DNA of 63,087 bases, the filler included, from Globobulimina sp. (lineage: Eukaryota), in NCBI GenBank assembly GCA_003354225.1. It is 26 parts of 26 records of this genome, joined end to end, with 100 filler letters (N's around TTAATTAATTAA, not from the genome) between each part and the next. Parts side by side here need not be neighbours in the genome. Positions count along the whole stretch, not along the records: positions 21,886 to 24,216 come from PIVH01007339.1; positions 24,317 to 26,647 come from PIVH01007340.1; positions 26,748 to 29,078 come from PIVH01007341.1; positions 29,179 to 31,508 come from PIVH01007342.1; positions 31,609 to 33,938 come from PIVH01007343.1; positions 34,039 to 36,368 come from PIVH01007344.1; 20 more parts are not named here. The stretch is one strand, 5' to 3'. A model generated the notes under the pieces. It did not search any database, was not told where the DNA came from, and saw nothing but the letters and a program-made list of their open reading frames with translations. Position numbers and translations under genes: made by a program. Position 1 is the stretch's first letter. Each line of letters begins with the position of its first letter. Below, one piece after another: positions 22,745-34,929 of the stretch.

Positions 22745-24216
22745 ATGAGCACAACACAAGAGAGACTAGATCGACAGTTAAATATGCTTCATTTAGTTCA
22801 TTATAAAATAAACAAAATAAACCAAAACAAAAAACATAAAAATCAGATTATTAAACGCTTGTCGTTACGGTCACGTCTCTGAAGTAGATATTTTATTATC
22901 TAAAGGCGCCGACATTCATTATTCAGACGAAGATGATCCATTTGGTGCCACGTGCTTATCAGAAGCGTCCCGTCGCGGTAAAGCAGAGATAGTACAATTA
23001 TTAATTGATGGCGGTGTCTCCGTCAATGACAAAATCTCGCACGACATCACCGCCTTACATTTAGCCTGTGAACGTGGCCATATCTCTGTAGTTTCCGTCT
23101 TATTATCAAACGATTGCGATGCCTGTCCGGCCGAATTATTCAATTTAGACACACCTTTACATTACGCCGCCGCCAACGACCATGACAATATATGTAAATT
23201 ACTATTCAATGTCGGCGGCGTCAATGTGAACATTCAAAACCGTACTGGCGACACCGCCTTACATATCTCCGTCGCAAATGATCGCTTGAAATCCACCACA
23301 ATGTTACTGTCGTTAGGCGCCGATTTATCCCTTCGTAACTATGCCGAAATGACTCCTATCATCGTGGCGCAATTAGCCAAATGCAAGCATGCCATTGAAG
23401 CCATGCAACCTTTCATCGACAAACTGCGCCAAAACGAAGAAACTCAACACAAAAAGCAACAGGAAAAGTTGGTCCAATCGAGGAAAAATACCATCAAAAA
23501 GACATTGGACTTAAGTTCGCATTCCAACGCCAACGGCCATGGCGCATTTACATACAATGACAGTGGCAATGGGCATGCGGTCATTTTGGACGAAACTGAA
23601 GCAAAATACGACTATAACACGCATCGTCAGCATAGCTTACCGGATAATTTAATGTCAGGTAAACGCGATGTGGTATTTAAGAAAGGCTTCCTACAGAAAC
23701 AAGGCAAGAAATTCAAGCATTTCCATGTGCGTTATTTTATATTGTGGTCGAACGGCTTAATGAATTATTATAGCAAAGAACATACCATATTCGCGAACTA
23801 TGCGGAGAAGTCCAAAGAGCAGAAAAGCAACGGCATGGCGCTCCGACAGAGGCATAGCAGTCACAGCGGCGACCACATCTCCGTTGACCGCCTCACCATG
23901 CAAAAGTCCAACAGTTTGTCGCCTTCGCCCGTCACTACGAGCAAATGCGAGGATAACTTATCTATGGCATTCGAGGACGTGTCTGGCGACGAAACCGGCG
24001 CCGCCGCCACGGCCACAGCCACAGACCGAAAGAAGAAGAAAAAACTTCATATTCAAACGCATAGGAAACGGAAATCAACGCTACGTAAATTAGGCTTAAA
24101 ATCGGATGTAATAAAACCAAAAGGCATCATCGACATCAATGATTTGATTGAGACGCAATTCTTAGAATTTGCCTCCGATAATACGCCCGGATGGGCCTTG
24201 ATCACCGCAGAGAGGG
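22745..24216 (+). CDS. Ankyrin repeat + split PH domain protein, 3'-truncated
   Basis: Exon 1 MSTTQERLDRQ, short intron, ankyrin repeats (TALHLAC, TPLHYAA, GDTALH), PH KKGFLQKQGK..RYFIL..YY. Confidence 0.85.
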
Positions 24217-24429
24217 NNNNNNNNNNNNNNNNNNNNNNNNNNNNNNNNNNNNNNNNNNNNTTAATTAATTAANNNNNNNNNNNNNNNNNNNNNNNNNNNN
24301 NNNNNNNNNNNNNNNNATTTTAACACGCAACAGAATAATCCTTATGGTAAATGGGTCCCTCCCATATCAGTTATCTGACTCTGCTACGCAGAGGACGATG
24401 GCTCGCAACGCTCCGCGTTGCTCCCCGTT

Positions 24430-24475
24430 CCAAAAACATTGCCAATCGTTGAAACGAAACGAAACGAAACTAAGC
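24430..24475 (+). repeat. Dispersed repeat CCAAAAAC.TTGCCAATCGTTGAA(ACGAA)nACTAAGC; second copy at 48213-48253
   Basis: Direct comparison of the two contigs. Confidence 0.75.
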
Positions 24476-24564
24476 TGTTTTTAATCTTACACTTAACATC
24501 GGTACAAAATTAAAAGTCGTGATTGTTTTTTAAATATTAATTATTTTGCAAGATGTGATAGATG

Positions 24565-26647
24565 TTATTTTGTATCAGTATCTTGAATAGGTCCCCTACC
24601 ACCACCCGCATTTGCAGCAGCACCCATTCCTCGTTTATAACTCTGCCACGCATGTTGCAGATGCGCAAAATCTTTGCCTCCACCACCACCATATTGAGAC
24701 ATAGCAATGTGATGTTGCGATCGCAAATGCTTTATATTCGCCAATAAGTTCCGGAACTCAATTCTATTGCAACCCAATCCATTCTGACTATTATTATTAT
24801 TTATCTCCACGGATTCTGTTTTATTATCACTCGAATTTGAACTTCATTCTCTATACTTTTTATCACCAATAATTTATTTAATTCCTTCCTTAAATCACGC
24901 TCATTATTTGCTTGTATATTTAATAACATTTTCCCATTCATTTTGTTAATATTAAATAAAGAAACGATTTTCTCCAAACCAATCTCCTTCAACCAATCAC
25001 TCACAGCATTTGCATCCCAATTCGACAATAAATGCGCTTCAAATTGCATATAAAAAGGCGTACCAATTTGAGCCTCCTTTTTGGCAATATTTTCCAACAC
25101 AAACTTGGCCGGCTTTTGGATCCACATTTCGCGCACTATATCGGCTACGCAATGATCAGGCGTCGGAGCATACGCTGCTTGTTTTTTGCTCTCCTCACTT
25201 TCGTCATAATCCGCGGGAAAGCTCTGTGGCCGCATCAAGGACAGCAAATAAGGCGTAACTTTGAAGCGCAGCCGATACGTACTATCATTGTTCATATCCA
25301 CTACTTCTGCGGGGAAACGTTTATAGCGATGGGGACAATTTTTATTTTGGGCGTTGCGCGGCCAACAAGCCATCACTTCGTCGCCTGGCTTATACAAAAA
25401 GTTCGGTGGATCATACACGTATTTCTCGGGCACATCTATTTTCGTGGCACCCTCGACAGTATATTTAATAACATAGGATAAGCGATGACTGTTTACTGCG
25501 ATTACTTTAGCTGTCAAACAAAACAAATACAGATATTTATTTCGGGTGCATTCAACTCGACAAAATCCAGTTAAAATGCATAGAAATCTAAATACATTAT
25601 ACACCAACGATTTATTTAGATTTAGAACGCATTTTTGCTAAAAATCTAGAAATATCAGACAAACGTTACCTTTATGTATCTCGTATTTGGCTTGAAATAC
25701 ATCTTCGTCTTCCACATAATAGGCGGACACAACCTCACCAATACGGAACCTATGCCGTGCCAAATAAACCACATACTCCGAACTGGACAACGTTACGTTT
25801 TGATAATGTACTTTTTTGCTCTGGATTTTATTTGTTCGCACAATCAAATTAAACTCGCCGCCGTCCGCTTTGTTCTCCTCTTCGTCATCGCCACGGATAC
25901 TTAGTATCTCGCCATATTGCAAATGATCATCGCTGTCATCCTCAATGCCTTTAAACAATATCGGATCATCTATTTTGAACTCATTCTGCACAGAAACAAA
26001 CGGTTTTGTTTTGGAAAAATGTGCGATGTGTTCCCAAATATAAAACCTCCAACCTTGCGACCAAGAGGTTATATACCGATCTTTGTCATAAATATTACAG
26101 TCAATTTGCCGCAATTGATTCCAGTCGAAGCATTTAAACTTTTTTAAATCATGATACGTTAAAAAAGTGCAACCAATCGGTGTGGTACACATACATTCAA
26201 TCAAATGCGGATGCATTTCTTCCGGGAAATCCGTCTCTAAAATGCACATTTCTGCATTGAAACCGCCGGGATAATCAAACAAAGAACCAAACCAAACCTC
26301 GCAGGTCCTCTCAGTACCTATTTATTTGCATATTAGGTGTAAGGATAAAATGGAAGTGCAAGGATAACAAATCGTGAATACCTGGAATAAATAAATAACG
26401 ATGTTGTACGCGATCGCATTTGGTGCCATCACCATATTGAATGGCATAGATATTTTTCTTTTGATCGCCGGTTGGATGTATTTTGATATCCGTAATGGTG
26501 CCATGATAATCCTTAACCATCATTTTGTCTTTTTTGAATAAAGGATAATATGCAACTACTTTATCACCGATATTCCAGCCATTTGCAGGTGTTTTATTGG
26601 GAACATCTTCAACAATCTTAAAGAATTCGCCTTTTTTGAATTCAACG
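24565..26647 (-). CDS. Multi-Tudor/Agenet-like + SAM domain protein, intron-containing, 5'-truncated
   Basis: Repeated G-D/E-x-V-x-A...G-x-I...Y-x-I-x-Y-x-DG barrels and SAM WDANAVSDWLKEIGL...MNGKMLL. Apparent 1-nt deletion near 24842. Confidence 0.6.
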
Positions 26648-26747
26648 NNNNNNNNNNNNNNNNNNNNNNNNNNNNNNNNNNNNNNNNNNNNTTAATTAAT
26701 TAANNNNNNNNNNNNNNNNNNNNNNNNNNNNNNNNNNNNNNNNNNNN

Positions 26748-27541
26748 TTGCGGCTCATAGCAATGGTAATTCCTGGAGTAACAAAAAGGGGCTTTGGATG
26801 ATTGACACATCAGCAAAAGATGGTTATTTTATATTGAAATCGTTGTGGAGGAACAGTTATATTTATGCGGCTGATACATTGGTAAAAGATAAGTCTGTAA
26901 TTAACGGCGTAAAAAATTGTCACTGTGCTGGCAATGCCGAATCTAAAACATGGGGAAATGGTAAAGCTCATTGGAAAATTATAGCAAAAAGCGATTTTGA
27001 GGAAAAAAAAGATGCACAAATAATACCAAATGGTACTTATAAATTTCAATGTCGGTATAAAAATAGTGTTATGTTTGAATTTGAGCAAGGAACTGGATAT
27101 AAAGATTCTGGTGGAAAAGCGATGCATGTCGCACATAATTCGAATGCAAATGCAAATGCTGTATGGAATATTGAATATTTACCGACGAAGAAATATTATA
27201 CCATACAATGTGCGGCCACTGGCAAGTATTTATATGAAAGTGGTGGTGGAACTGGGTATACCTCAGCGCAAGGAAATAGTTCTATGTTTATTGCAGCACA
27301 TAACAGTGCAAATATTTGGGGGAATAAGAAAGGATTTTGGATGATTGAAGAGGCTGCAATCGATGGCTATTTTGTAGTGAAGTCGTTATGGCGACATAGT
27401 TATCTTTATGCAGCAAGTACAGTGGTAAAAAATAAATCGGTAATTAATGGTGTGAAAAATTGTCATTGTGCGGGGAGTGTCGAAGCAACAGCATGGAGCA
27501 ATGGGAAAGGTAATTGGAAATTAATTGCAGTCAGCAAGTAA
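26748..27541 (+). CDS. Internally repeated beta-trefoil-like (fascin/ricin-like) protein, 5'-truncated
   Basis: Near-identical repeats GFWMI...DGYF..KSLWR.SY.YAA...GVKNCHCAG...W.NGK..WK.IA. Confidence 0.55.
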
Positions 27542-27779
27542 TGCAGTTTAACATCTGGTGCTCAATTTGTTGCACATATTATCTGTTCTGAAGCCAGGCA
27601 TGAGTGATGTTTTAAAGTTTTTGCTCTAATATCATATATTAATCTTTGAATTCATAATGTAATCTATCAATGTGTGTCATTGTGTGATGATTACGTCATT
27701 TGTTTTTAGTACTTTAAATTAAACTATTCTTATATTTTACTCTTGTCTTTGATATACGACTATTTAGTAAAGAACAAAA

Positions 27780-28724
27780 ATGACAAGGCCATCACTGTTA
27801 ATTACACTAGCAATAGCATCTGTTTTAATAATTTTTTATGTATTATATTGGATCAAAAAGCACAATCCATCTTTAGATTATAATGAATTAAGAAACAAAA
27901 ATGTGATCGTAACGGGTGCATCGATGGGAATTGGGGAACAAATCGCGTATGAAATCTCCAAAGGGGGAGCAAATCTTTTGATAACTGGTTTAGAGAGAGA
28001 TTTATTACAAAACGTGGCCCAAAAATGTAAAGAATATGGCTGTAAATCAGTAAAAACTGTAGCATTGGATTTATCTGCAAAAGAAAATTGCAAAATATTT
28101 CAACAATTTTGCCTAACAACATTCGAAAACGGTAAAATACATTATTTATTTTTGAACCATGCATTGATTGGACCATATATGGAATGGATAAATCCAAACA
28201 ATCTGAATCAATTTGAAAATTCATTTGAAAAACATTTTGAATTAATTGAACAAACAATGAAAATTAATATTAATTCGCACATTTTGATAGCAACATTACT
28301 ATATAAATATTTAGAAGTGCACAAAGCAAAAATAATATATGTGTCTAGTTTGGCAGGGTACGGCATTCAGCCATATGTGTCTTGGTATAGTTGTTCAAAG
28401 CATGGTACATCTGCGTTTTTTGAAAATTGGAGACTGGAGTTAGCAATGAATAAATCAAATATTAGCATTACTATTTGTAAACTAGCAATGATTAAAACTA
28501 ATTCATCCGTTATTCCATCCAAAGGTATATTATCACCATATATTGTGGATAACGCAGCTGATCCAAACTATATTGCAAAAAGAATCATCAGTGGTGGACA
28601 ACGTAGATTAAAATTTGTTTATGCTCCATTCTGGGATGCTTTTGCTGTTTGCGTTATCTCTGCAATCTCAACTCAGTTATATCAAAGGATAACTTGCAAA
28701 GTAAATTATAAACGATTTTGGTAA
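27780..28724 (+). CDS. Membrane-anchored short-chain dehydrogenase/reductase (11-beta-HSD-like)
   Basis: N-terminal TM, TGASMGIG, LFLNH, VSSLAG, YSCSK. Confidence 0.92.
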   Translation: MTRPSLLITLAIASVLIIFYVLYWIKKHNPSLDYNELRNKNVIVTGASMGIGEQIAYEISKGGANLLITGLERDLLQNVAQKCKEYGCKSVKTVALDLSAKENCKIFQQFCLTTFENGKIHYLFLNHALIGPYMEWINPNNLNQFENSFEKHFELIEQTMKININSHILIATLLYKYLEVHKAKIIYVSSLAGYGIQPYVSWYSCSKHGTSAFFENWRLELAMNKSNISITICKLAMIKTNSSVIPSKGILSPYIVDNAADPNYIAKRIISGGQRRLKFVYAPFWDAFAVCVISAISTQLYQRITCKVNYKRFW

Positions 28725-29178
28725 GCCATTCTTAAATTGTTTTATTAATTATTATCCGAATTGAAATAAACCTGAGAAATTTCTATTAATATTCGCATTT
28801 GACTTTTAAGGTTTATTCGCATTTGACAATTTCTAAGCACTGGCCTAATGTATGCAAAAAGCTTTAAAAAACTTAGTCAATCATAAAAGAAGTGTAAACC
28901 TAAAAAGTCAAATGTTATGTGTTCAAACAGGTCTAAAGTAGTCCAGGAAAGACATTTCCCTCTTTAATGACAAACAAGAATGTCACTCAATCAAAAACAT
29001 AAAACGAAACAAACAACAGAAAATTCAAACAACATAACACGAAATTTTGTAATTGATTATAATTAATTTACGATTGCANNNNNNNNNNNNNNNNNNNNNN
29101 NNNNNNNNNNNNNNNNNNNNNNTTAATTAATTAANNNNNNNNNNNNNNNNNNNNNNNNNNNNNNNNNNNNNNNNNNNN

Positions 29179-30521
29179 ATTTGACTACAAACTGACTGAT
29201 CGAATATGTATTTACTATCTTTTATTAATTTATCAACTTTATAAACTGAATTAAATTGACAATTATAATCAATTCCATTTTTTATAATCCATTGTTTTCC
29301 ATTCAATTCAAAACAAGCAATAATATTATTATTAGCATTATTAGTATTAACATTTAATAGCGTTTCTAATTCATTTTTAAATTGAATATTAATTTCATTG
29401 TTGCATTTATTTACAGCGCGGTACAATGCCATCAATGAATATAAATCCAATGCTTTATAATCAAAAACGTTTTTAATAACATCTATAATGTCCATCAATT
29501 TTGGTGTTCTATATTCAATTTGTAACAAAGTATTTAATGCATCCATATCATGAAAGTTATCATTATTTTTCACTTTTTCATGATAAATATTCCAACATTC
29601 ATCCAACATTCCCACATTACCAAATGCTGTCAAAATTTGTCGAAATCCAACACAATTTATTTGTATCTCATCCATTATATTTTCATTTGATATCAATTGA
29701 TTAAAAATTTCAAATTCTTTGCCGTCTTTTCCATATTTTGAGAATGTTAATATTGCGATACAATAGCAATCAGCACTGATATTAATATGTAATTTACTTA
29801 TAATTAAATGCCAAACATTGCATAAAAAATTATGTTTAAATTGATAATATCTTTGCGATCTACAAATACCGACAATTAATGATTGTACTACTTTGCAATC
29901 AATTATTTCTGATAATCTTTGTATTGAATTGTTAGTTGTGATATCATTCCAAATTAATTCTAAAAAATGTGGCTGTCCAAAATTTATAATTCCTTCAAAT
30001 AAACATCTTAAAATATATGCATTTAATGTATTATAACCACTGTTTACTATCATATTATTATATTCATTCATCATTAAAGTAATATTGCCAATAACGCTCA
30101 AACTATTTATTATTATAAACCATTCCTTTTCGCTTAACTCGTTTTCCGATTTGTATTTTATATCATTTATTATTTGCATCATTAAATCAGAATTTTCAAT
30201 ATTTTTATGGTTACCTTTTGATAATAAATTCATAATAATCTCGTAACAATTAACATCTGCGTGGATTTTCTCATCAATTACCAGCTTACTCCATATTTTA
30301 TGTGCTATTGTTACATTTTGCGACTCTCTGCATCCAATGAGCAATGCAAAGAGGGTGTATGTATTGGGCATAATATGCTTTTGACTCATCTCATTGTCGT
30401 ATATTTGCAATGCATTTGTGACATCCCCATTTTTACACAGTTTCATCATGTTATTGTTCACATGATAACGCAGTTTGGTGGCTTGCGATTTATAACGTTT
30501 CCTCACTCTGCTCACTGACAT
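29179..30521 (-). CDS. Pentatricopeptide-repeat protein, possibly E+/DYW-type, 3'-truncated
   Basis: PPR motifs (CKNGDVTNALQIYDNEM...PNTYTLFALL; ILTAFGNVGMLDECWNIY). C-terminal FELNGK...KVDKLIK..KYIFDQS resembles the E+/pre-DYW region. Confidence 0.75.
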
Positions 30522-30572
30522 GATGTGATAAAAACTACAAGAATACTAAAATAGAATAATATGTAAGCAAGC

Positions 30573-30643
30573 TGAAAACCTGGTTCGCTTTGAGTATGGT
30601 ATGAGTACACTCAGTACAGCACCTACCGAGCTCATGTATTGTT
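30573..30643 (-). promoter_or_regulatory. Conserved upstream element of the PPR gene; homologous copy at 35039-35100 (+)
   Basis: AACAATAC.TGAGCTCGGTAGGTGCT.TACT...TACTCAAA..GAACCA.GTTTTCA in both copies, each followed 30-50 nt later by ATGTCAG. Confidence 0.55.
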
Positions 30644-30889
30644 GCTTATGCATATCTATGCATAACATATATAGAGGGGGCAACACAGTAGCATTGCGGG
30701 TCGATAGACCCCAGAGGCAAGAAACATCGAGGCGAGAAGGAAACCAGGTGGCAAGAAACCCAGGATGAAAGAAGCTTATTTGTTATGTTTGAAATTTTCG
30801 GACCTAGAGGTTTTTGAGTAACTGAGATGAACTTGTTTTTCTGACTAAGCAAAATATTTGGGTGTTTATATATATTCTGAAATTCATGT

Positions 30890-31042
30890 ACAAAGCGCAT
30901 CCGGTCTTCAGCGTCAGATTTTTTTTGGGGCAAGGTATAAGCAAACCGTTTCTGGTGACTGATAAAGGTAAAAAGAATATAGGTTTGCATTCGTTTCTCA
31001 GAAACAATAAAAATCTGACGCTGAAAACCGGATGCTCTTTGT
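30890..31042. mobile_element. 153-bp MITE-like element with 34-bp terminal inverted repeats
   Basis: ACAAAGCGCATCCGGTCTTCAGCGTCAGATTTTT (30890-30923) matches the reverse complement of 31009-31042 with 2 mismatches. Partial copy at 7034-7148. Confidence 0.8.
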
Positions 31043-31145
31043 TTCTGAAATTCATGTACAAAATTCGTTTCTGAAATTCATGTATAAAATTCGTTTCTGA
31101 AATTCATGTATAAAATTCATTTCTGAAAATCATGTAAATAAATTC
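31043..31145 (+). repeat. 26-bp tandem repeat (TTCTGAAATTCATGTAYAAAATTCGT), ~4 copies, plus a partial unit at 30875-30889
   Basis: Direct reading. Confidence 0.9.
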
Positions 31146-31608
31146 CTTTAGGAAAATATTGGATAAAAAAAATGTTAAAAAAAAGTAGTACTAGTAGTAC
31201 TACTACTCATAAAAAAAATCTCAAAATTTAGAAATCACTGGTATGAGGGTCTATCGACCCAATGATCAAATTTCTATGTACAGATATATGCAGTCATATG
31301 TGCGGAATATGATCATATATATGATCAAAATTTCTATGTAAGGATATATGTAGTCATAAATGAGAGGAGGTCGTTGTTTAGAAATAAAGACGCTTTATAG
31401 TTTTTTTCGAGACCGTTACATTTAAAGTCTACTTATGTCTAAGAGGATTGCTTGCCAGCAGCGTGGATTAATAAATAGTCCTCACGTCATATGGTTTATA
31501 ATTCATTTNNNNNNNNNNNNNNNNNNNNNNNNNNNNNNNNNNNNNNNNNNNNTTAATTAATTAANNNNNNNNNNNNNNNNNNNNNNNNNNNNNNNNNNNN
31601 NNNNNNNN

Positions 31609-31977
31609 GAGAATGGTTTGGATGAAAATGTTAAGGTTGTAATTCCGCCAATATTTAATCATGAAAATAAAAGTAATGCAAATGATAGCTATCCATTGGA
31701 TATTTCTGATCGATATAGTTTTAGGTCGCCAGTTACGATTATTAAGGATATGGTATTTATACCGGGAGAAAGTGGCGATATTTGGGTTCATCATTTATTG
31801 GATGGACATTTCATTCATAATTTCCAATGTCCAGCTGTTTTATATGAAGGCAAATGGAATAGAGCGGGATTTAAAGGCAGTGTGTCTGTCGCGGATGGTT
31901 ATATTACATATTATTGTGGCTCATATTGGGGTGATGTTACCAATGGGAATATTTTTGTTTCATTAAAATTGAATTAA
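31609..31977 (+). CDS. C-terminal fragment, PQQ-like beta-propeller
   Basis: SPVTIIKDMVFIPGESG...LLDG...GSVSVADG pattern. Confidence 0.4.
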   Translation, partial: ENGLDENVKVVIPPIFNHENKSNANDSYPLDISDRYSFRSPVTIIKDMVFIPGESGDIWVHHLLDGHFIHNFQCPAVLYEGKWNRAGFKGSVSVADGYITYYCGSYWGDVTNGNIFVSLKLN

Positions 31978-32122
31978 ATGTACATAATATGATAAATTTG
32001 TATTATATAAATAAATAATAATAATAATATCTTTATCTATTTAGCATATTTTTGTTAATTAATTATTTTGATTTGTTGCGTATACAATTAATTAGTTTGT
32101 CTATTTTAGTGGAACAAAGAAA

Positions 32123-33216
32123 AATGTCAAACAAAAGATTTGTGATGTTTGGAGATTCATTAATGTATTATTTAACTTCTTATATAATGCATGTGTTTTA
32201 TTGGTGCATTCTCAACAATATCAAGAATAAAAACGCATCCAAACCGATATTCAAAGCATTATGCAATCGTTTTGGATGAATGCAGCAAAGATTTGCTTTA
32301 TCAAAGACACAAATTACAAGAAATAACGCCATTTTTTGATGAGCACAGAGGACACTTTGGATACAATGCAACTAATTCAAATCCAGTCAATTCAGTGATA
32401 CACATTAAAAAATATAACATCACATTCATGTTCCTATACAAACATGGCAAGGATATGCATAACGCACAAGAGCTGCTCACAAATACTCTCTTTTTCAATA
32501 AAATCGGATATGATGTGATGATCCACAACTTACTCAATATGCATATGCCGCATATTTGGCCGCTGCGCAAATATTCAACTTTCAGTGTGGAGATGATTGA
32601 GAATATGGAATATTACATACAACAAATCATTGGCAACAAATTGAATGACTCCCTTTTGATATTTGCTGCGGGGAATCCTGTCATTTTTGACCAGTCACAA
32701 CTACGTATTTGGAAAACGATGCAATTGAAACTATTGTTAAATATTAGTAATATTGATATGATGAATACATTTTTTATCAAACAAGTTTCGAAACATTTAT
32801 CTTCAAAATCTATTTTCTTTTATTTGAATCATACAATGTCCAATTTTCTTGATTTTAATGTTGACCGAAATGAAATAAATAAAGTGGAACAACTGTTGAA
32901 TAATAACTTGATACATTTGTGTGTGGCGGGATTGCATGATTTGTATGATGGCGATTTTGAATGTAAAGTGAATATTTGTTTGTTATATTCGTGGAAATTG
33001 GGGAATAATATTATTCATCATAGAATTAAGCAGTATTTGTTTGACAATAATTATTATCGACAAAAGACATATTATCATAATCAGTATGATATATACAATG
33101 CATTTGAGTTTGAACAGTTGCAACAATACAAAGTGAAACATGTTCATTACCCTCAATTAACGCCAATTGCTTGGACAAATATATTAAACATAATCAGTGT
33201 TGCTGCTGCATCATGA
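32123..33216 (+). CDS. SGNH/GDS-motif protein with apparent frameshift at ~32272
   Basis: FVMFGDSL motif in 32052-32279, continued in the +1 frame to a C-terminal HVHY motif. Confidence 0.45.
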
Positions 33217-34052
33217 AACATCTCTTAAACGTGTTTAATAAGTGCTAGTTTGATATTTATTTTGTTTTTGGCTTTGTATTTTTTGAGGAATGTGTGTCGT
33301 TTCTCCTCTTTCTTTCCTTTACATACCTGGTTGAACAGAAACTGGATCAAACAGTTTTTTCTGTGAGAGTTTGTTCATTGGATATTGCACTCCATCTACC
33401 TTTGATATTCTCTCTTGTTGTATGTCTTAGTGCTGCAACAGTCGACGGAATTTATGCGTTAAGTAGGTTGGCGCTCGCGCTACCTCAAAAAAACACAAAC
33501 ATTGAAGTCCGATCACCAACATTAAAATTAGCCCAATAGCTGTTTGTGACTGCAGTGCATTTAATGAATTAAGGGATAGCGCGAACGCAATCCCAGTTTG
33601 TGGCAATAAATTGATCGGATGTCAATGATAAACATCAACACACAAAGGGTGCAAACGACAGAGTGTTATGTGTCGACTCTGCATCCGACAAGTTAAGAAA
33701 AACAAACATAAATCACATTCTTTACAAGCAGACAAATATCATTTCACTCACTGTCTTAACACATTTATGCATATCTTTGTATATTAATAATTCCTTTTTC
33801 TTGACCGGTACCATAAATATCAGTATCTTATCAATCCAAAATGTTGTGTTTTCAAAGCATTATTCAATTCTGCTTTTGTTGATTTTCCAAGTAACTTCTT
33901 TTCATATTCAACCAAATCATTTACAAAACCTGAATTCGNNNNNNNNNNNNNNNNNNNNNNNNNNNNNNNNNNNNNNNNNNNNTTAATTAATTAANNNNNN
34001 NNNNNNNNNNNNNNNNNNNNNNNNNNNNNNNNNNNNNNTTGATCATACATAA

Positions 34053-34149
34053 GTATGATCACATATTCTGTACATACAAATTTGGTCATACATTGAAAAA
34101 AAAAATCAATGGTGCATAAATTTGATCATACATACCGGTGTGATCATAC
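34053..34149. mobile_element. 97-bp TGATCA-rich element with 11-bp TIRs at the start of a G-beta intron
   Basis: GTATGATCACA (34053-34063) and TGTGATCATAC (34139-34149). Interior is similar to the reverse complement of 31262-31290. Confidence 0.55.
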
Positions 34150-34929
34150 ATATAATCCCATACTTTGGCCATTGCGTCGATGGAGCCAGACACAAATATA
34201 TGAGACTCCTTCCACACTGCCACCGATTCCACGTCGCCATTATGCTCCACAAAGGTGCGGATTGGAGTTTGTCTCTCGATGTCCCATAATATGCAGGAGG
34301 CGTCGCCTGAACTGGTCAAGATTTGGTTTTCATCCACGAATCTACAGCAGGACAAATAGCCTAATTAATATATTATATTATTGTCGAATGCGAATAAGCG
34401 TAATACCTTCGTGTTGTTGCAACTCTCTGTAAGGCTGTTTTACTTCCCATCCCACAGAGTCCTTTATGTTGAACACAGAGCACAAGTTATCCAAACCGCC
34501 GCTGGCCACAAACCTTCGTTGCGGAGAATAAGCGCAGGTCATAACCCACGCCGAGCGCAAAGGAATTGCGATTTTCTTGTTGGTCGAAGTGGTGTTCCAA
34601 ACTAATAACTTTCCGTCTTGTGAGGCAGACACAATATCCTCTGAATTTTCTGCCCAATGTAAAGCATATATTTTGCCAAAATGGCCAGGTAATTTTCGTC
34701 TTAATCTGAATGAAGCTGCGGGATTTAACTCAAACAAACCATTTTTTTGCGCGTCCTCCCGATGATATGTTCCATGATTTCTTTGTAAGGCCGTTGCTTC
34801 TGTTCGTAATACACTGTCGTCCTGACCTGAACACTTTTTCTCAATTTCCTCTTTTAACTGATCAATTTGTTGACGCGCCTTCCGATACTTATCATCGATA
34901 TCATTTGGTGCTCCTAACAAGGCGTACAT
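34150..34929 (-). CDS. Heterotrimeric G-protein beta subunit, 3'-truncated
   Basis: GHFGKIYALHW, SASQDGKLLVW, AIPLRSAWVMTCAYSP, SGGLDNLCS, TSSGDASCILWD, SGSIDAMAKVWD. Intron ~34361-34405. Confidence 0.97.

Noticed and set aside
31043-31145. 26-bp repeats as a CRISPR array
   Set aside because: Head-to-tail with no spacers, no cas genes, eukaryotic context.
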